Shown: positions 1-10,470 of the stretch, in pieces
How the letters are laid out: the number at the start of each line of letters is the position of its first letter
Numbering within the stretch: position 1 is the first letter of the stretch
Origin: Thermoplasmatota archaeon
GTDB taxonomy: Archaea; Thermoplasmatota; Penumbrarchaeia; Penumbrarchaeales; Penumbrarchaeaceae
Direction of reading: 5' to 3'
Assembly: GCA_965234725.1 (NCBI GenBank)
Contig: CBDDUX010000038.1
Location: 1-64,000, forward strand
Length of the DNA: 64,000 bases
Program-made: the position numbers and the translations under genes
The notes under the pieces: generated by a model
Database searches by the model: none
What the model was told of the DNA's origin: nothing
Seen by the model: only the letters and a program-made list of their open reading frames with translations

Positions 1-208
1 AATTCTCCCAATTGGGGAAAAATATATCGCTCCTAACCCCTTCCTGGTTTGGACGAATACGGCAATTGAGAGAGGCAATTCTAACACATAGGAAAATTGA
101 TAATAGTATTGAATTGAGAGAGATGTAAAGAAGATCACTTCTAATGCTACTATAACAAACCGATCATTATTAATAGACATTTCGAACCTTATCATATTAA
201 GGGAGGTT

Positions 209-3200
209 TTGTTCCTGGGAGAAATTGCCTTCACGATCCTAATTGTTATGATGATTTCCATTCCATCGGCCCTCTCTGGCGAAAGTGAAAAAGACCAAGG
301 AACGAAATCGAGTAGTCATCAATTAACTCATGAACCAAACATAAAAGATCTCACTCAATTGAGGGGATGTACGGGTATCTTCATCGAAAATGGAGGACAG
401 TGGGATCCAGAGATTCTTTTTGTTGCTGATACAGGATACGGTAAAGTCGGATTCATGAGGAACGGTTTGATCCATGAAATATATGTAAAGGAAAGGATCG
501 CATCCGAATCTCCATTCGATCCATTTTTAGATAAGGCGGAAGAAAGGATCGTCGATTCCTGCATGATCGATATCACGTTCGACAACTCGATTGTCAGTGA
601 TATCCATGGTGAGGATCCGGTTTCCACAATGTACAATTTCTTCCTTGGAAACGAACCTTCCAGTTGGGCCTCCAATGTATCTGGATACCGATCTATATCT
701 TATATCGATGTATGGAACGGGATCGATATCACCTATTATTTCAGGGAAGGATCCTTGAAATATGACATCATCCTGGCCCCGGGAGCTGATCCGTCATCGA
801 TTTCAATGTTAGTTGTTGGCACTGAAGATTTGGCGATATCAGATGATTCTTTGATAATTAAAACTTCGATTGGTCAAGATTTGACCGATTCAGACCTCAT
901 TGCATACTATCAAGACACAAAGGAAATGATTGGATCTTCATTTAAACTCAATGATAAAGGATATGGATTTAATTTAGATACTTATGATAAATATAGGAAA
1001 GTTATAATTGATCCGAAATATCATGTTAATGCGATAAATTACTCCACTTACTTTGGGGGAACAAATCGAGATTTTCCAAGAGACATGATAATTGATGATT
1101 TCGGAAATGTTTTTATCATAGGTGAAACTGATAGTGCATTTTTTCCAACTTCAGAAGAATCTTACGATAAAACTTACAATGGAAATCGTGATATTTTTCT
1201 ATTAAAATTTGATAGTAATACTCAAGAAATGGTTTTTTTTACATATATTGGTGGTTCGAATTTCGATTCGGCTGTCAAGTTTTCTTTAAATGATTCAAAT
1301 GAAATTTTCATAGGTGGAATAACTACATCATCTGACTTCCCAGTAACACCCGATGCATATTGTTCAAACATTCATCCTGGTGAGCATATAGAACCTGAAT
1401 CAGAGATATGCCTTATGAAAATTGGACAAAATGGATCCAAACTCCTTTTTTCCACATATTTTGGAGGAAGAGGTATGGATATAATAACTGGAATCGAGGT
1501 TACAAATAATGATGTCCTTATATTTTCAGGGTCTACGGATTCTGATGATTTTCCCATAACAACAGATGCTTTTCAGAAAAATAAAATTAATTATCCCATC
1601 CCTGATACCACAGATATTTTTATTGTAAAATTCAACTTGAAAGATATGTTATTGGATTATTCCACTTTTATTGGAGGATCGGGTTCTGAGGGTGCAGAAT
1701 GCATGGAATATGATAAAAAAACAGAAATGGTTTTTATTGGTGGACATACACAATCGGAGGATTTTAATGTAACGAATAGCTCCTTTCAGTCAACAATTAA
1801 TTCCTACCAAGATGGGTTTCTTTTAGCATTTAACATCTCATCAAAAAATTTGACTTATAGTACATTTTTTGGCGGATCAGGATACGATTATTTCACTGAT
1901 CTATATATTGATGAAAGGGGATTTGTAGATGCTTGTGGTAAAACAAGATCCCCAGATTTATTTGTTACAAACGGATCATATGACACAGATTTTAGTGGTC
2001 TTTATGACGGTTTCTTTCTACGTTTTAATTCTATGAATAACACCTTTGTTTATTGCTCATATATGGGCGGATCAAGCTCGGAAGAAATAAGAAGTATCTC
2101 AAGAGATAATGATGGTTTCATATATATTGGTGGTACAGTATCACATAGTAATATCGAAATGGATAAAGGCACTTTTGATTGGATTGCAGAAGGTGAACAT
2201 GAAGGATTTTATATGAAATTTGATGAAAACGGAAGTAAATTAATATATTCCACTTATATTGGTGGAACCGAAAATGATGGAGTAACTAAAGTTATATATG
2301 ATGAGAAAAATCAGGAGTCTATAATCCTTGGCCACACAGATTCTCCTGATTTCCCTATGAACAATAATTCGTTAAATAATAATTATTATGGGAATGAAGA
2401 TATTTTCCTAATAAAAATCAATCATACATTATCTCCAACCAAACCTATGAATTTAACTGCTCATTCTGGTAAATCCTTTATTGAATTGAATTGGGATCCT
2501 CCCTTAAGTGATGGTGGATCTCCCATAGATAAATATACGATCATGAAAAAACCATATGGCACCGTCTCCTTCGAAATTCTGACAGATGTAAGATCAACCT
2601 ACTTTAATGATACCAATGTTGAAAATGGAAAACTATACTGTTACGTCGTAAAGGCTCATAACTGGATCGATTACGGACCTTTGTCGATTGAGGTATCCGC
2701 AATGCCTCTTGCAATCCCATCGTCACCAAGAAACCTCACTATTGACCTAACAGGAGACAAGATAGTGAAGCTGAGATGGGAAGCTCCAGAATCAGATGGG
2801 GGCCTTCCATTGAAAGGGTATTATCTCTACAAATTCACAGGATCCGAATTAATCCCTGAAAGGATACCTGTGGTTTCGGGTGATCAATACTCCGACAGAT
2901 CAGTTATCAACGGGATCACATACAGATATTTTCTCACTGTATGGAACGATCTCGGAGAATCAATTCCTTCTAATCAGGTTAATGCTACACCAATGACAAC
3001 TCCGGTCTCGATAAAGAACATAACCGTTCGATCAGGACCTGGATTCGTTCATCTGACATGGGATCCTCCCGAAGATGATGGAGGTAGACCGATTTTGGAT
3101 TATACCATTCATCGCACGGATGGAGATTCATCACCACAATTTCTGGTAGAATCAGGTGTATTGGAATATAACGACACCGAAGTTGAAAACGGAACCAGAT

Positions 3201-4561
3201 ACTGGTATCAGATATCTTCAAGGAATATTGTGGGTTCCTCACCGCTTTCAATATCCGTTATTGGAGATCCCATAGGTCCTCCGGGTCCTCCCCAGGATCT
3301 CAAAGCACCCTCATCCCCCGGGACAGTTGAACTGTCGTGGGATCCTCCTTTTCATGACGGAGGATCGAAACTTCTCGGTTACAATGTATACAGAAGTATA
3401 GAGACCGATGATTGGTCAAGGATCATGAAGATAGAGAATCAGGAGACGACATATACTGACAGATATCTGGACAATGGCAAAGTGTATCGGTACAGGGTAA
3501 CAGCATACAACAAGATTGGCGAATCCGAACCCAGTTCTATCATAGAGATCACACCATTTGGAACGCCAGGAACTCCCACAGATTTCTATTTGGTTCCCGG
3601 GGATGGATTCATCAATATTTTCTGGAATGGACCGGATCATGATGGCGGATCGCCCGTGATCGGATATGAAGTATTCAAAGGTGAAAAAGAAAATGATCTG
3701 ACCATTTTTACACCTTTAGATGATGAAGATCATTTCTTCAATGATACCGAAGTGATCAACGGTAAGGTATATTTTTACCGTATACTTGCTAAGAACAATA
3801 TCGGAACTGGTCCTTCTACCAAGATCCTGGGTGCCATTCCAGGAGGTTTACCTACACCGCCAACAAGTATCATCATCACTCCTCATGATGGGTATGTCGA
3901 TATATTCTGGGACGGACCTCTGGATGATGGTGGTTTTCCCATCACTAAAGTAAGTATCTACAGGGGTTCTAATGAGAACAACCCGGATAGAATATTCGGA
4001 ACCGATCAGGAAAAGGGATCCTACCGAGACAAGGCCCTTGTGAACGGAGAAAAATATTATTATTCACTCACCTGCATGAACTCAATAGGTGAGAGTTCTC
4101 AGTCAGAGATATTCGAGGTAACTCCTGTAGGGAAACCTTCAGTTCCTTCATCGATCCAGGCTAAGGTACTATCATCAAATTCAATAGAGATCTCATGGTC
4201 ACCTCCGGAAATTGATGGAGGATCTCCAATCCAGAAATACAGAGTCTATAGGTTCATGATCGAAGGGGGGGAACCGATCATTACCGATATCAATGGAAAT
4301 GAAACTATGTTCGAAGACATTGGATTAACTGCGGGTAGATCATATATCTACAGGGTTTCTGCATCGAATTCTCAAGGTGAAAGCGAATTATCCGAACCGG
4401 TGGTTGCTTCAACCTCAAATGATGGCTCGGATTTTTCTTTTTTAACCATTCTCATTGTGATCTTCGTATTGGTTATATCATTAGGCGGGATCATATTCTT
4501 CATCTGGATTAGAGGGAAAGAAAAGAACCCTATAGATGAATTTTATAAAGAAAATGGTTGA
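209..4561 (+). CDS. Large cell-surface protein: signal peptide, SBBP/beta-propeller repeats, about 7 fibronectin type III repeats, C-terminal TM anchor
   Basis: 1450-aa ORF with GGGAGG RBS before a TTG start. Repeated YSTYFGG/YSTFIGG and T.S.DFP motifs (SBBP-like), repeated W.PP..DGG.PI..Y...Y.Y.V.A.N..G.S (FN3), then a hydrophobic C-terminal helix with a basic tail. Confidence 0.85.
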   Translation: MFLGEIAFTILIVMMISIPSALSGESEKDQGTKSSSHQLTHEPNIKDLTQLRGCTGIFIENGGQWDPEILFVADTGYGKVGFMRNGLIHEIYVKERIASESPFDPFLDKAEERIVDSCMIDITFDNSIVSDIHGEDPVSTMYNFFLGNEPSSWASNVSGYRSISYIDVWNGIDITYYFREGSLKYDIILAPGADPSSISMLVVGTEDLAISDDSLIIKTSIGQDLTDSDLIAYYQDTKEMIGSSFKLNDKGYGFNLDTYDKYRKVIIDPKYHVNAINYSTYFGGTNRDFPRDMIIDDFGNVFIIGETDSAFFPTSEESYDKTYNGNRDIFLLKFDSNTQEMVFFTYIGGSNFDSAVKFSLNDSNEIFIGGITTSSDFPVTPDAYCSNIHPGEHIEPESEICLMKIGQNGSKLLFSTYFGGRGMDIITGIEVTNNDVLIFSGSTDSDDFPITTDAFQKNKINYPIPDTTDIFIVKFNLKDMLLDYSTFIGGSGSEGAECMEYDKKTEMVFIGGHTQSEDFNVTNSSFQSTINSYQDGFLLAFNISSKNLTYSTFFGGSGYDYFTDLYIDERGFVDACGKTRSPDLFVTNGSYDTDFSGLYDGFFLRFNSMNNTFVYCSYMGGSSSEEIRSISRDNDGFIYIGGTVSHSNIEMDKGTFDWIAEGEHEGFYMKFDENGSKLIYSTYIGGTENDGVTKVIYDEKNQESIILGHTDSPDFPMNNNSLNNNYYGNEDIFLIKINHTLSPTKPMNLTAHSGKSFIELNWDPPLSDGGSPIDKYTIMKKPYGTVSFEILTDVRSTYFNDTNVENGKLYCYVVKAHNWIDYGPLSIEVSAMPLAIPSSPRNLTIDLTGDKIVKLRWEAPESDGGLPLKGYYLYKFTGSELIPERIPVVSGDQYSDRSVINGITYRYFLTVWNDLGESIPSNQVNATPMTTPVSIKNITVRSGPGFVHLTWDPPEDDGGRPILDYTIHRTDGDSSPQFLVESGVLEYNDTEVENGTRYWYQISSRNIVGSSPLSISVIGDPIGPPGPPQDLKAPSSPGTVELSWDPPFHDGGSKLLGYNVYRSIETDDWSRIMKIENQETTYTDRYLDNGKVYRYRVTAYNKIGESEPSSIIEITPFGTPGTPTDFYLVPGDGFINIFWNGPDHDGGSPVIGYEVFKGEKENDLTIFTPLDDEDHFFNDTEVINGKVYFYRILAKNNIGTGPSTKILGAIPGGLPTPPTSIIITPHDGYVDIFWDGPLDDGGFPITKVSIYRGSNENNPDRIFGTDQEKGSYRDKALVNGEKYYYSLTCMNSIGESSQSEIFEVTPVGKPSVPSSIQAKVLSSNSIEISWSPPEIDGGSPIQKYRVYRFMIEGGEPIITDINGNETMFEDIGLTAGRSYIYRVSASNSQGESELSEPVVASTSNDGSDFSFLTILIVIFVLVISLGGIIFFIWIRGKEKNPIDEFYKENG

Positions 4562-5075
4562 GACACATTTTAATAATTTTGTTTAGATATTATTGATTCA
4601 TTTCTTTTTTTTAACTTTCCTATTTCAGATAGATTACCCAAAACCCCCAAAAGAGGCATTTATTTATGGATTTTTTATTAACATCATCAAGGGTTTTTGA
4701 GTGATTATTAGGGTCGTTTCCGACTTGCGCACGTTTTTCGCAAGAAATATCACCTCATTGACGTGATATTCGTTCAAGAACATGACTGTTAAGTGTGAAA
4801 GGCTGGTTACCCTTTGCATTCTTTTTCTAAAGTAAAGGGGCCCTTTACTGAAACCCATATCTTACCAATCAGTATAGGATAGGTTTAGTATAGTTCATCA
4901 TAGGACCTTTTTCATGATGGAGAAGGGTCCTTTCAAAATTAAGAAGATTACAATTCTTATAAATATCTGGATATCGGACCATCAATCATTTGAGTGCAGA
5001 TAACGTCACTTTTCCAGTATTCACTCTGACGGAGAGGATCCGCTTCAACAATAATCTTTGTTAGTATAATTGTTA

Positions 5076-6083
5076 TTATTGTGTCAAACTGCTTTCCATC
5101 AATTCCACATCGGTATGGAGGACCTTCCCCAGGGTCTCTGACAACCTGTATGCCCAGATACCTCCTTGTCGGTAAAACATGTAATTCCCTTTGAAACCCA
5201 GGACCTTCCCCTTCACTCTCTCACCCTTGAACCTTTTAGGTTTGGAAGAAAGGGGCTCCTCAAGGGGATAGTCATCAATAAGGATCGGGGCTGGATCGAA
5301 TACAAGAGGGCTTTCAATGACCTTGGCCGAAGGGTGAGAGGAGTCCACTAAGTCCTCCCAGAACAGTTTCAGATCCTCTCTTGCATTCAGGAGGACCTCC
5401 TCCACGGCCTGAAGATCCCTCTTCTTTGAAATATTCGTCAATTTCAAACCAGACCTCACCATCTGCGGCAATCCCAGCATCCTGGAGATCGCTCCCTCAT
5501 AAGACCTGGCTGAGAACCTGTCTTTTAAAAGGAGGACAGGAAGCATTCCATCCGCTCCCTGCTCCATGGCCCGTTCCTTCATCCTTCTGTGCTGGGTCAT
5601 TCCCACCTTAAGTGAAGACCTGAACGCCGTAAAATAGACAACATGAGGTATCTGGCAGAACGGGGCACCGCAGGGTTCAATGTGACAGTGAGGTTCGAAT
5701 ATGCAGGTCGGGTCTGGAATGTCCTCCAATAAACACTGCATGCACTGTGAGAAGCTTTCGGAAGGAGGATTTGATCCAGGACATGGAATATATCTCCCGT
5801 CCTCGAATCTGCCGGTACAAACGGCAGGACCTGAGAACCTGAAGGATACTTCATCAAGGTCCGACAGATCGACCGAAATCGGATCTCCTGCACCTTTGAG
5901 GAACTCTCCCTTTCGATGGAGAGGAAGTACCGTGATCCTTGGAGATCCTCCATGCCATGAATAACCCAGAATATGGTAATGGTAGGACTCCTCTCCTTCC
6001 GTGCAGGATATCATATCATTTAAAGGCCTTTCATAGTGGATTCTCGGCAATAAATGGAGTTCATTTCCGCTGTCCATCATCAA
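5076..6083 (-). CDS. DUF2797-family protein (Cys-rich Zn-binding, GIY-YIG-like region)
   Basis: CTG...CP...QCMQC...C...C cluster followed by PHVVYFTAF..LKVGMT..R..EQGA and G.VLGFKG.Y, as in DUF2797. Confidence 0.75.
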   Translation of the reverse strand: MMMDSGNELHLLPRIHYERPLNDMISCTEGEESYHYHILGYSWHGGSPRITVLPLHRKGEFLKGAGDPISVDLSDLDEVSFRFSGPAVCTGRFEDGRYIPCPGSNPPSESFSQCMQCLLEDIPDPTCIFEPHCHIEPCGAPFCQIPHVVYFTAFRSSLKVGMTQHRRMKERAMEQGADGMLPVLLLKDRFSARSYEGAISRMLGLPQMVRSGLKLTNISKKRDLQAVEEVLLNAREDLKLFWEDLVDSSHPSAKVIESPLVFDPAPILIDDYPLEEPLSSKPKRFKGERVKGKVLGFKGNYMFYRQGGIWAYRLSETLGKVLHTDVELMESSLTQ

Positions 6084-6129
6084 ATTAAAGTAGAGGCCCC
6101 CTTATTAGCCTACCGATTCCTTCCACTGG

Positions 6130-7548
6130 GTGAACAATATGGATTTGGAAAGCAGACTTCAGCTGGTCCTACAAGGGGCAGAGGAGATCGTGACCGAAAA
6201 GGAGATCAGACAGGTCCTGGAAGAGGTGAAGGACCCCACCGCATATGTCGGTTACGAACCTTCGGGTTTCGTTCACATAGGATGGCTCATCATCACAAAG
6301 AAGATCGATCAGCTGATTGAGGCTGGATTCACAGTCGATGTTCTTCTTGCCGACTGGCATGCTTTCATCAATGACAAGTTCGGAGGAGATCTCGAGAAGA
6401 TCAAGGCTTGCGGGGAGTACTTCATCCATTGCTACAGAGCATATGGTCTTGGCGATGCCATCGATCAGGGTAAGCTCAAATTCGTCTGGGCATCGGATAT
6501 GGCAGACAGCGCGGGATACTGGGAAAGGGTCCTCAGGGTCGCCAAATCTTCCTCTCTTTCCAGGATAAGAAGGGCAATGACAATAATGGGCAGGAAGGAG
6601 GAAGAAGGGGACCTGGACACCTCCAAGTTCATATACCCAGCCATGCAGGCAGCCGACATCTTCGAGCTGAAAGTGAATCTTGCATTGGGTGGCATGGACC
6701 AGAGGCACGCGCATATGCTTGCAAGGGATGCGGCGGATAAACTGGGTTGGAAGAAACCCACCGCACTCCACACTCCTCTATTATCGTCCCTTAGCAAGGG
6801 AGGCAGGATGGAGATGGTTACAGGCCCCACAGGGGGCCTTGACCATGATGCAATGGCCCAGAAGATAGAAAAGGACCTGGACCTTCTGATCGGTAATGAA
6901 ACCCTATCCGAAGAGACCAGATCACTTCTTGACGGCCTCAAGAAGATGGATGGGACAAAGAGACACAGGGCCATAGAGGTCCTTATAGCAGGAAAGAGGA
7001 GGGTGGGGGGTAAAACCACCATCCTTTCGGCCCTGCATGAGAACCATATCGACGGCGATGTTGTATTCGACAATGATGAACTGCACAGGCTCAACAAGCA
7101 GCTCAATGTGGCAAGAAGGGAACTCTTCCTGTATCTCGGCATAGAGGAGAAGGAGGGCCCCAACGAGAACAAGATGTCCAAGTCCGACCCTGATTCCGGC
7201 ATCTACCTCCATGATGGAGAGGATGATATCAGAAGGAAGATCAACAAGGCCTGGTGCCCTGAAGGGGTACCTGATAATCCCGTTATGGAGATCTGCAGAA
7301 TGATAATATTCCCAAATGGAAGGAAACTCAAAATTAAAAGGCCAGAGAAATGGGGAGGGGACGTCACCATAGATAATTATGAACAGCTCAGATCTCTTTT
7401 CGGAAAGAAAAAGATCCATCCTGCAGACCTCAAGAAAGCGGTTTCAGTGGAGATTATTGAGATCCTGGGATCCTTCAGGGACTATTTCAAGAAGAGACCG
7501 GAGGCCATGGCCGTAGTGAAAATGTATGCTAAAAGCATAGGTAAATGA
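6130..7548 (+). CDS. tyrS: Tyrosine--tRNA ligase, archaeal type, with a large insertion before KMSKS
   Basis: AYVGYEPSGFVHIG (HIGH), LADWHA, YPAMQAADIF, GGMDQRHAH, KMSKS, KAWCP, HPADLK. The start may be the ATG at 6139. Confidence 0.97.
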   Translation: MNNMDLESRLQLVLQGAEEIVTEKEIRQVLEEVKDPTAYVGYEPSGFVHIGWLIITKKIDQLIEAGFTVDVLLADWHAFINDKFGGDLEKIKACGEYFIHCYRAYGLGDAIDQGKLKFVWASDMADSAGYWERVLRVAKSSSLSRIRRAMTIMGRKEEEGDLDTSKFIYPAMQAADIFELKVNLALGGMDQRHAHMLARDAADKLGWKKPTALHTPLLSSLSKGGRMEMVTGPTGGLDHDAMAQKIEKDLDLLIGNETLSEETRSLLDGLKKMDGTKRHRAIEVLIAGKRRVGGKTTILSALHENHIDGDVVFDNDELHRLNKQLNVARRELFLYLGIEEKEGPNENKMSKSDPDSGIYLHDGEDDIRRKINKAWCPEGVPDNPVMEICRMIIFPNGRKLKIKRPEKWGGDVTIDNYEQLRSLFGKKKIHPADLKKAVSVEIIEILGSFRDYFKKRPEAMAVVKMYAKSIGK

Positions 7549-7620
7549 ACTCTCCGCTATCTATAACTAGTAAAAGCCATTTCGTGAAGATGTCCGCTTT
7601 CTCCTGGTAGGTGCAAAAGA

Positions 7621-8292
7621 ATGGCCGGAGAGATTGTTGAGGGTATTAACCCGACCAGAATGGAGCTCCTTTCCATAAGAAAGAAGAGAAGGCTTGCTGA
7701 GAAAGGCCACAAGCTCCTAGGAGAGAAGAGGGACGCTCTTATTGTTCAGTTCTTCGATGTTCTTAAGAAAAGGGAATCCCTGAAAGAAGAGGTTGTAGGA
7801 TCCTTCAAAACCGCAGGATCCTCCCTTGAGGAAGCCATGGCGGTCATGGGTTACGGATCCGTTCAGGCTCTGGCAAGCGGGATTAGTGAGCACCCCCCAC
7901 CCATCATAAGCACCTTGAACATCATGGGAGTGAAGGTACCGGTCCTTGACCATCAGGAAAGGGAAGGATCCGATAACCCATGGGGTATGGGAACCACACC
8001 ACAATCACTTGACGATGCTGCCGCAGGTTTCCAGAAAGCCCTCGAAAGACTGCTCAAACTTGCTGAGACCGAAGGTTCCATGGAGAGACTTGCACTGGAG
8101 ATAGAGAAAACAAAGAGAAGGGTGAATGCACTGGAGCATATCTTCATACCCAAGTTGAAGAACACGGAAAGGTACATCACCATGCAGCTTCAAGAAAGAG
8201 AGAGAGAGGACTTTGTCAGAAGGAAGAGGATCAAAGCAATGATGGAGAGCAGAGAGAAAGGATCGGGAAGGACCGCAGATCCATTTCTTTGA
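7621..8292 (+). CDS. atpD: A/V-type ATP synthase subunit D
   Basis: PTRMELL...GHKLL.EKRDAL; NIMGVKVP; EIEKTKRRVNALEHIFIP; L.EREREDF.R.K.IK. Confidence 0.95.
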   Translation: MAGEIVEGINPTRMELLSIRKKRRLAEKGHKLLGEKRDALIVQFFDVLKKRESLKEEVVGSFKTAGSSLEEAMAVMGYGSVQALASGISEHPPPIISTLNIMGVKVPVLDHQEREGSDNPWGMGTTPQSLDDAAAGFQKALERLLKLAETEGSMERLALEIEKTKRRVNALEHIFIPKLKNTERYITMQLQEREREDFVRRKRIKAMMESREKGSGRTADPFL

Positions 8293-8298
8293 GACAAG

Positions 8299-10434
8299 GT
8301 GAAGGTCATGGGAAGGGTTCGGAGGTCCACCTACAGACAGCCTGTAACGCCAAAAGGCCTTGAATCCATTGAGAAGGGGACAGTGGAATGGTTCGATACA
8401 GAGATGTACTCCAATCTCAACACGGAGGTACTAGAAGAATATCTGGACCACAAGAACAGGAATGAGAGCTTCGATCGGTCCGAATTCTCCTGGGGCAAAC
8501 TCCTTTTTGTCCTTCTTGTGGTGGGTCTTCCTTTTACGGTAATCTCACAATACATTGCCCTTAAGATCGGACTTGTTACAGGAGGTGCATTTTATGTTTC
8601 ATACCTCGTTGGTATGGCAAAGAAATGGAAACCCACACAGGTCAATATCGCATCGGGATCTGCCACAGCGGTCGACAGGACAGTAACCGGATTCGTTTTC
8701 ACATTTCCTGCAATATACCTACTGGCTTACTCATCACAATATGTAATGTCCAGTGGCGAACCGCTCATCCCGCCTTCACTTATAGAGGGCACCAGCATAG
8801 TGCCTCTTGCCATTATTGCATCATTCTTTGCATCTCTTATGGGTTTGATGTACTTCATAATCTTCCGCAGGTTATGGCAGGTGGAGGATCCTCTCCCGGC
8901 ACCGGGTTTCCAGGCATTTGTAAAACTCCTTGACATCTCCAATAACCTTTCAGAGGGCGGTGTGAAACATGCATTCAGGTCCATAAAGCTCGTTTTCTAT
9001 TCTTTCCTTGGAATGTTCGCCTTCGCATTTATCAGGGATTTTCCGTTCGGTCCCAAGAAACTGCCGATACTGACCTATCTGATGCAGGGCATCGGTCTGG
9101 GTGATTGGTTCAGCCATGGAAGGATACACATTCCATATTCCATGTCCAAGTGGACACATATCTCCTATGAGTTCACAGGTATCGGTTTTGCCATAGGGTG
9201 GTTCCTGAAGTTCAGATCGGCATTCATTGTGGCGGCGGGATCGTTCGTAACCTGGTTTTTTATCGTCCCCATGGCGGTATGGCTGGATGTTCCCATTTAC
9301 ATACCTGTCCTTGAAAAGTATGCCGGAACCGGATACCTTTCAACACATGCACTCCCCATTCCTGCAAGTGACCTTTCAAAATATATTCCCTATGCATCCC
9401 CTGCCTTCGGAGCAGCCCAGGGGATCGCGAAGATAATTGCGATCGGAGCCATCCTGGGGGGAGGATCAACGGCACTGATCAAGATGATACCCATATTCAA
9501 AACGGTCCTGACAGATATCACCAAGACAACAGGCGGGGAAAAACGGGAATGGGTCCCGGGAAAAGGCTGGTACGAATGGCCTACCCAGCATATCGGGATC
9601 GTTGCTGGGACCGCATTCATCGTCATATTCTTAGCCTTCTGGCTCTTCGGAGGTTTTCCCTGGCTTGCATCACTTGCTTTCTCAGCTCTTCTCGTGGTAT
9701 TAACTTTCCTCTTAGGAGCGATCGCCGTGAAGATCTCTGGGGAGGTGGGAACTACACCGGTATCCGGAACCTCATTTCTGACACTTCTTCTCCTTTTCGG
9801 AGTTTTCACCCTCACCAATGCCGTTGTGAAGTTCGACAGCGAGGCCCAGATCATACTAATGGCCCTTGTTGGAACCACTGTCTTCGGATCGGCAATCTCA
9901 CTTTCATCGGAGATCATGTGGGATTTCAAGGCCGGTCTTTATGCAGGCACCCGACCAATGCACCTGATCAAGGGTGAGAGCGTTGCGATCATCATAGGAA
10001 CCCCGGCAGCTGCTCTGGCTGCGGTATTCTTTTCAACAAGGCTCGCCACAGGGGATCTTATCCTTGAGGCCCCCCAGGCACATGCATTCGCAGTATTCGT
10101 TCAGATCCTCGCCGGGGGGAAGGTCATGTTCTCACTCTTCTTCCTGGGGATGGGCATCGGTGTATTGGTAGAACTTCTGACCGGGATGGGAACTGCATTC
10201 GGATTGGGTATGTACCTTCCTCTCCAGTACACCCTTATGATGATCACAGGGGGGGGAGCAAGAGAGATCTGGGAAAGAAAATGGCTTAACAAGAAGGCCA
10301 AAGCCGAGGGATGGGAGGAGAACCAGAAGACCTTCAAACTGTTGGATTCCTATATGATAATGACAGGGCTCTACATAGCGGAAGCCATAATTGGAACCCT
10401 CCTTGCAATTTGGCTCGTTTCACCCTTCTCCTGA
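8299..10434 (+). CDS. OPT-family oligopeptide transporter
   Basis: Many TM helices; YIALKIG, GFVFTFPAI, GEVGTTPVSG, DFKAGLYAGTRP, APQAHA, AFGLGMYLP motifs. Confidence 0.9.
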   Translation: MKVMGRVRRSTYRQPVTPKGLESIEKGTVEWFDTEMYSNLNTEVLEEYLDHKNRNESFDRSEFSWGKLLFVLLVVGLPFTVISQYIALKIGLVTGGAFYVSYLVGMAKKWKPTQVNIASGSATAVDRTVTGFVFTFPAIYLLAYSSQYVMSSGEPLIPPSLIEGTSIVPLAIIASFFASLMGLMYFIIFRRLWQVEDPLPAPGFQAFVKLLDISNNLSEGGVKHAFRSIKLVFYSFLGMFAFAFIRDFPFGPKKLPILTYLMQGIGLGDWFSHGRIHIPYSMSKWTHISYEFTGIGFAIGWFLKFRSAFIVAAGSFVTWFFIVPMAVWLDVPIYIPVLEKYAGTGYLSTHALPIPASDLSKYIPYASPAFGAAQGIAKIIAIGAILGGGSTALIKMIPIFKTVLTDITKTTGGEKREWVPGKGWYEWPTQHIGIVAGTAFIVIFLAFWLFGGFPWLASLAFSALLVVLTFLLGAIAVKISGEVGTTPVSGTSFLTLLLLFGVFTLTNAVVKFDSEAQIILMALVGTTVFGSAISLSSEIMWDFKAGLYAGTRPMHLIKGESVAIIIGTPAAALAAVFFSTRLATGDLILEAPQAHAFAVFVQILAGGKVMFSLFFLGMGIGVLVELLTGMGTAFGLGMYLPLQYTLMMITGGGAREIWERKWLNKKAKAEGWEENQKTFKLLDSYMIMTGLYIAEAIIGTLLAIWLVSPFS

Positions 10435-10470
10435 TATCCCATTATATATGAAAAAGCAATATTAGGTCAG

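Noticed and set aside
64-122. 11-bp direct repeat AATTGAGAGAG upstream of the first gene
   Set aside because: Short, low complexity and only two copies.
209-4561. Diversity-generating retroelement target
   Set aside because: No reverse transcriptase and no template/variable repeat pair visible in the window.
4664-4858. 64-aa minus-strand ORF
   Set aside because: No motif or RBS support.
6823-7162. Intein in TyrRS
   Set aside because: No Cys/Ser start block, no terminal His-Asn followed by C/S/T, and no LAGLIDADG motifs.
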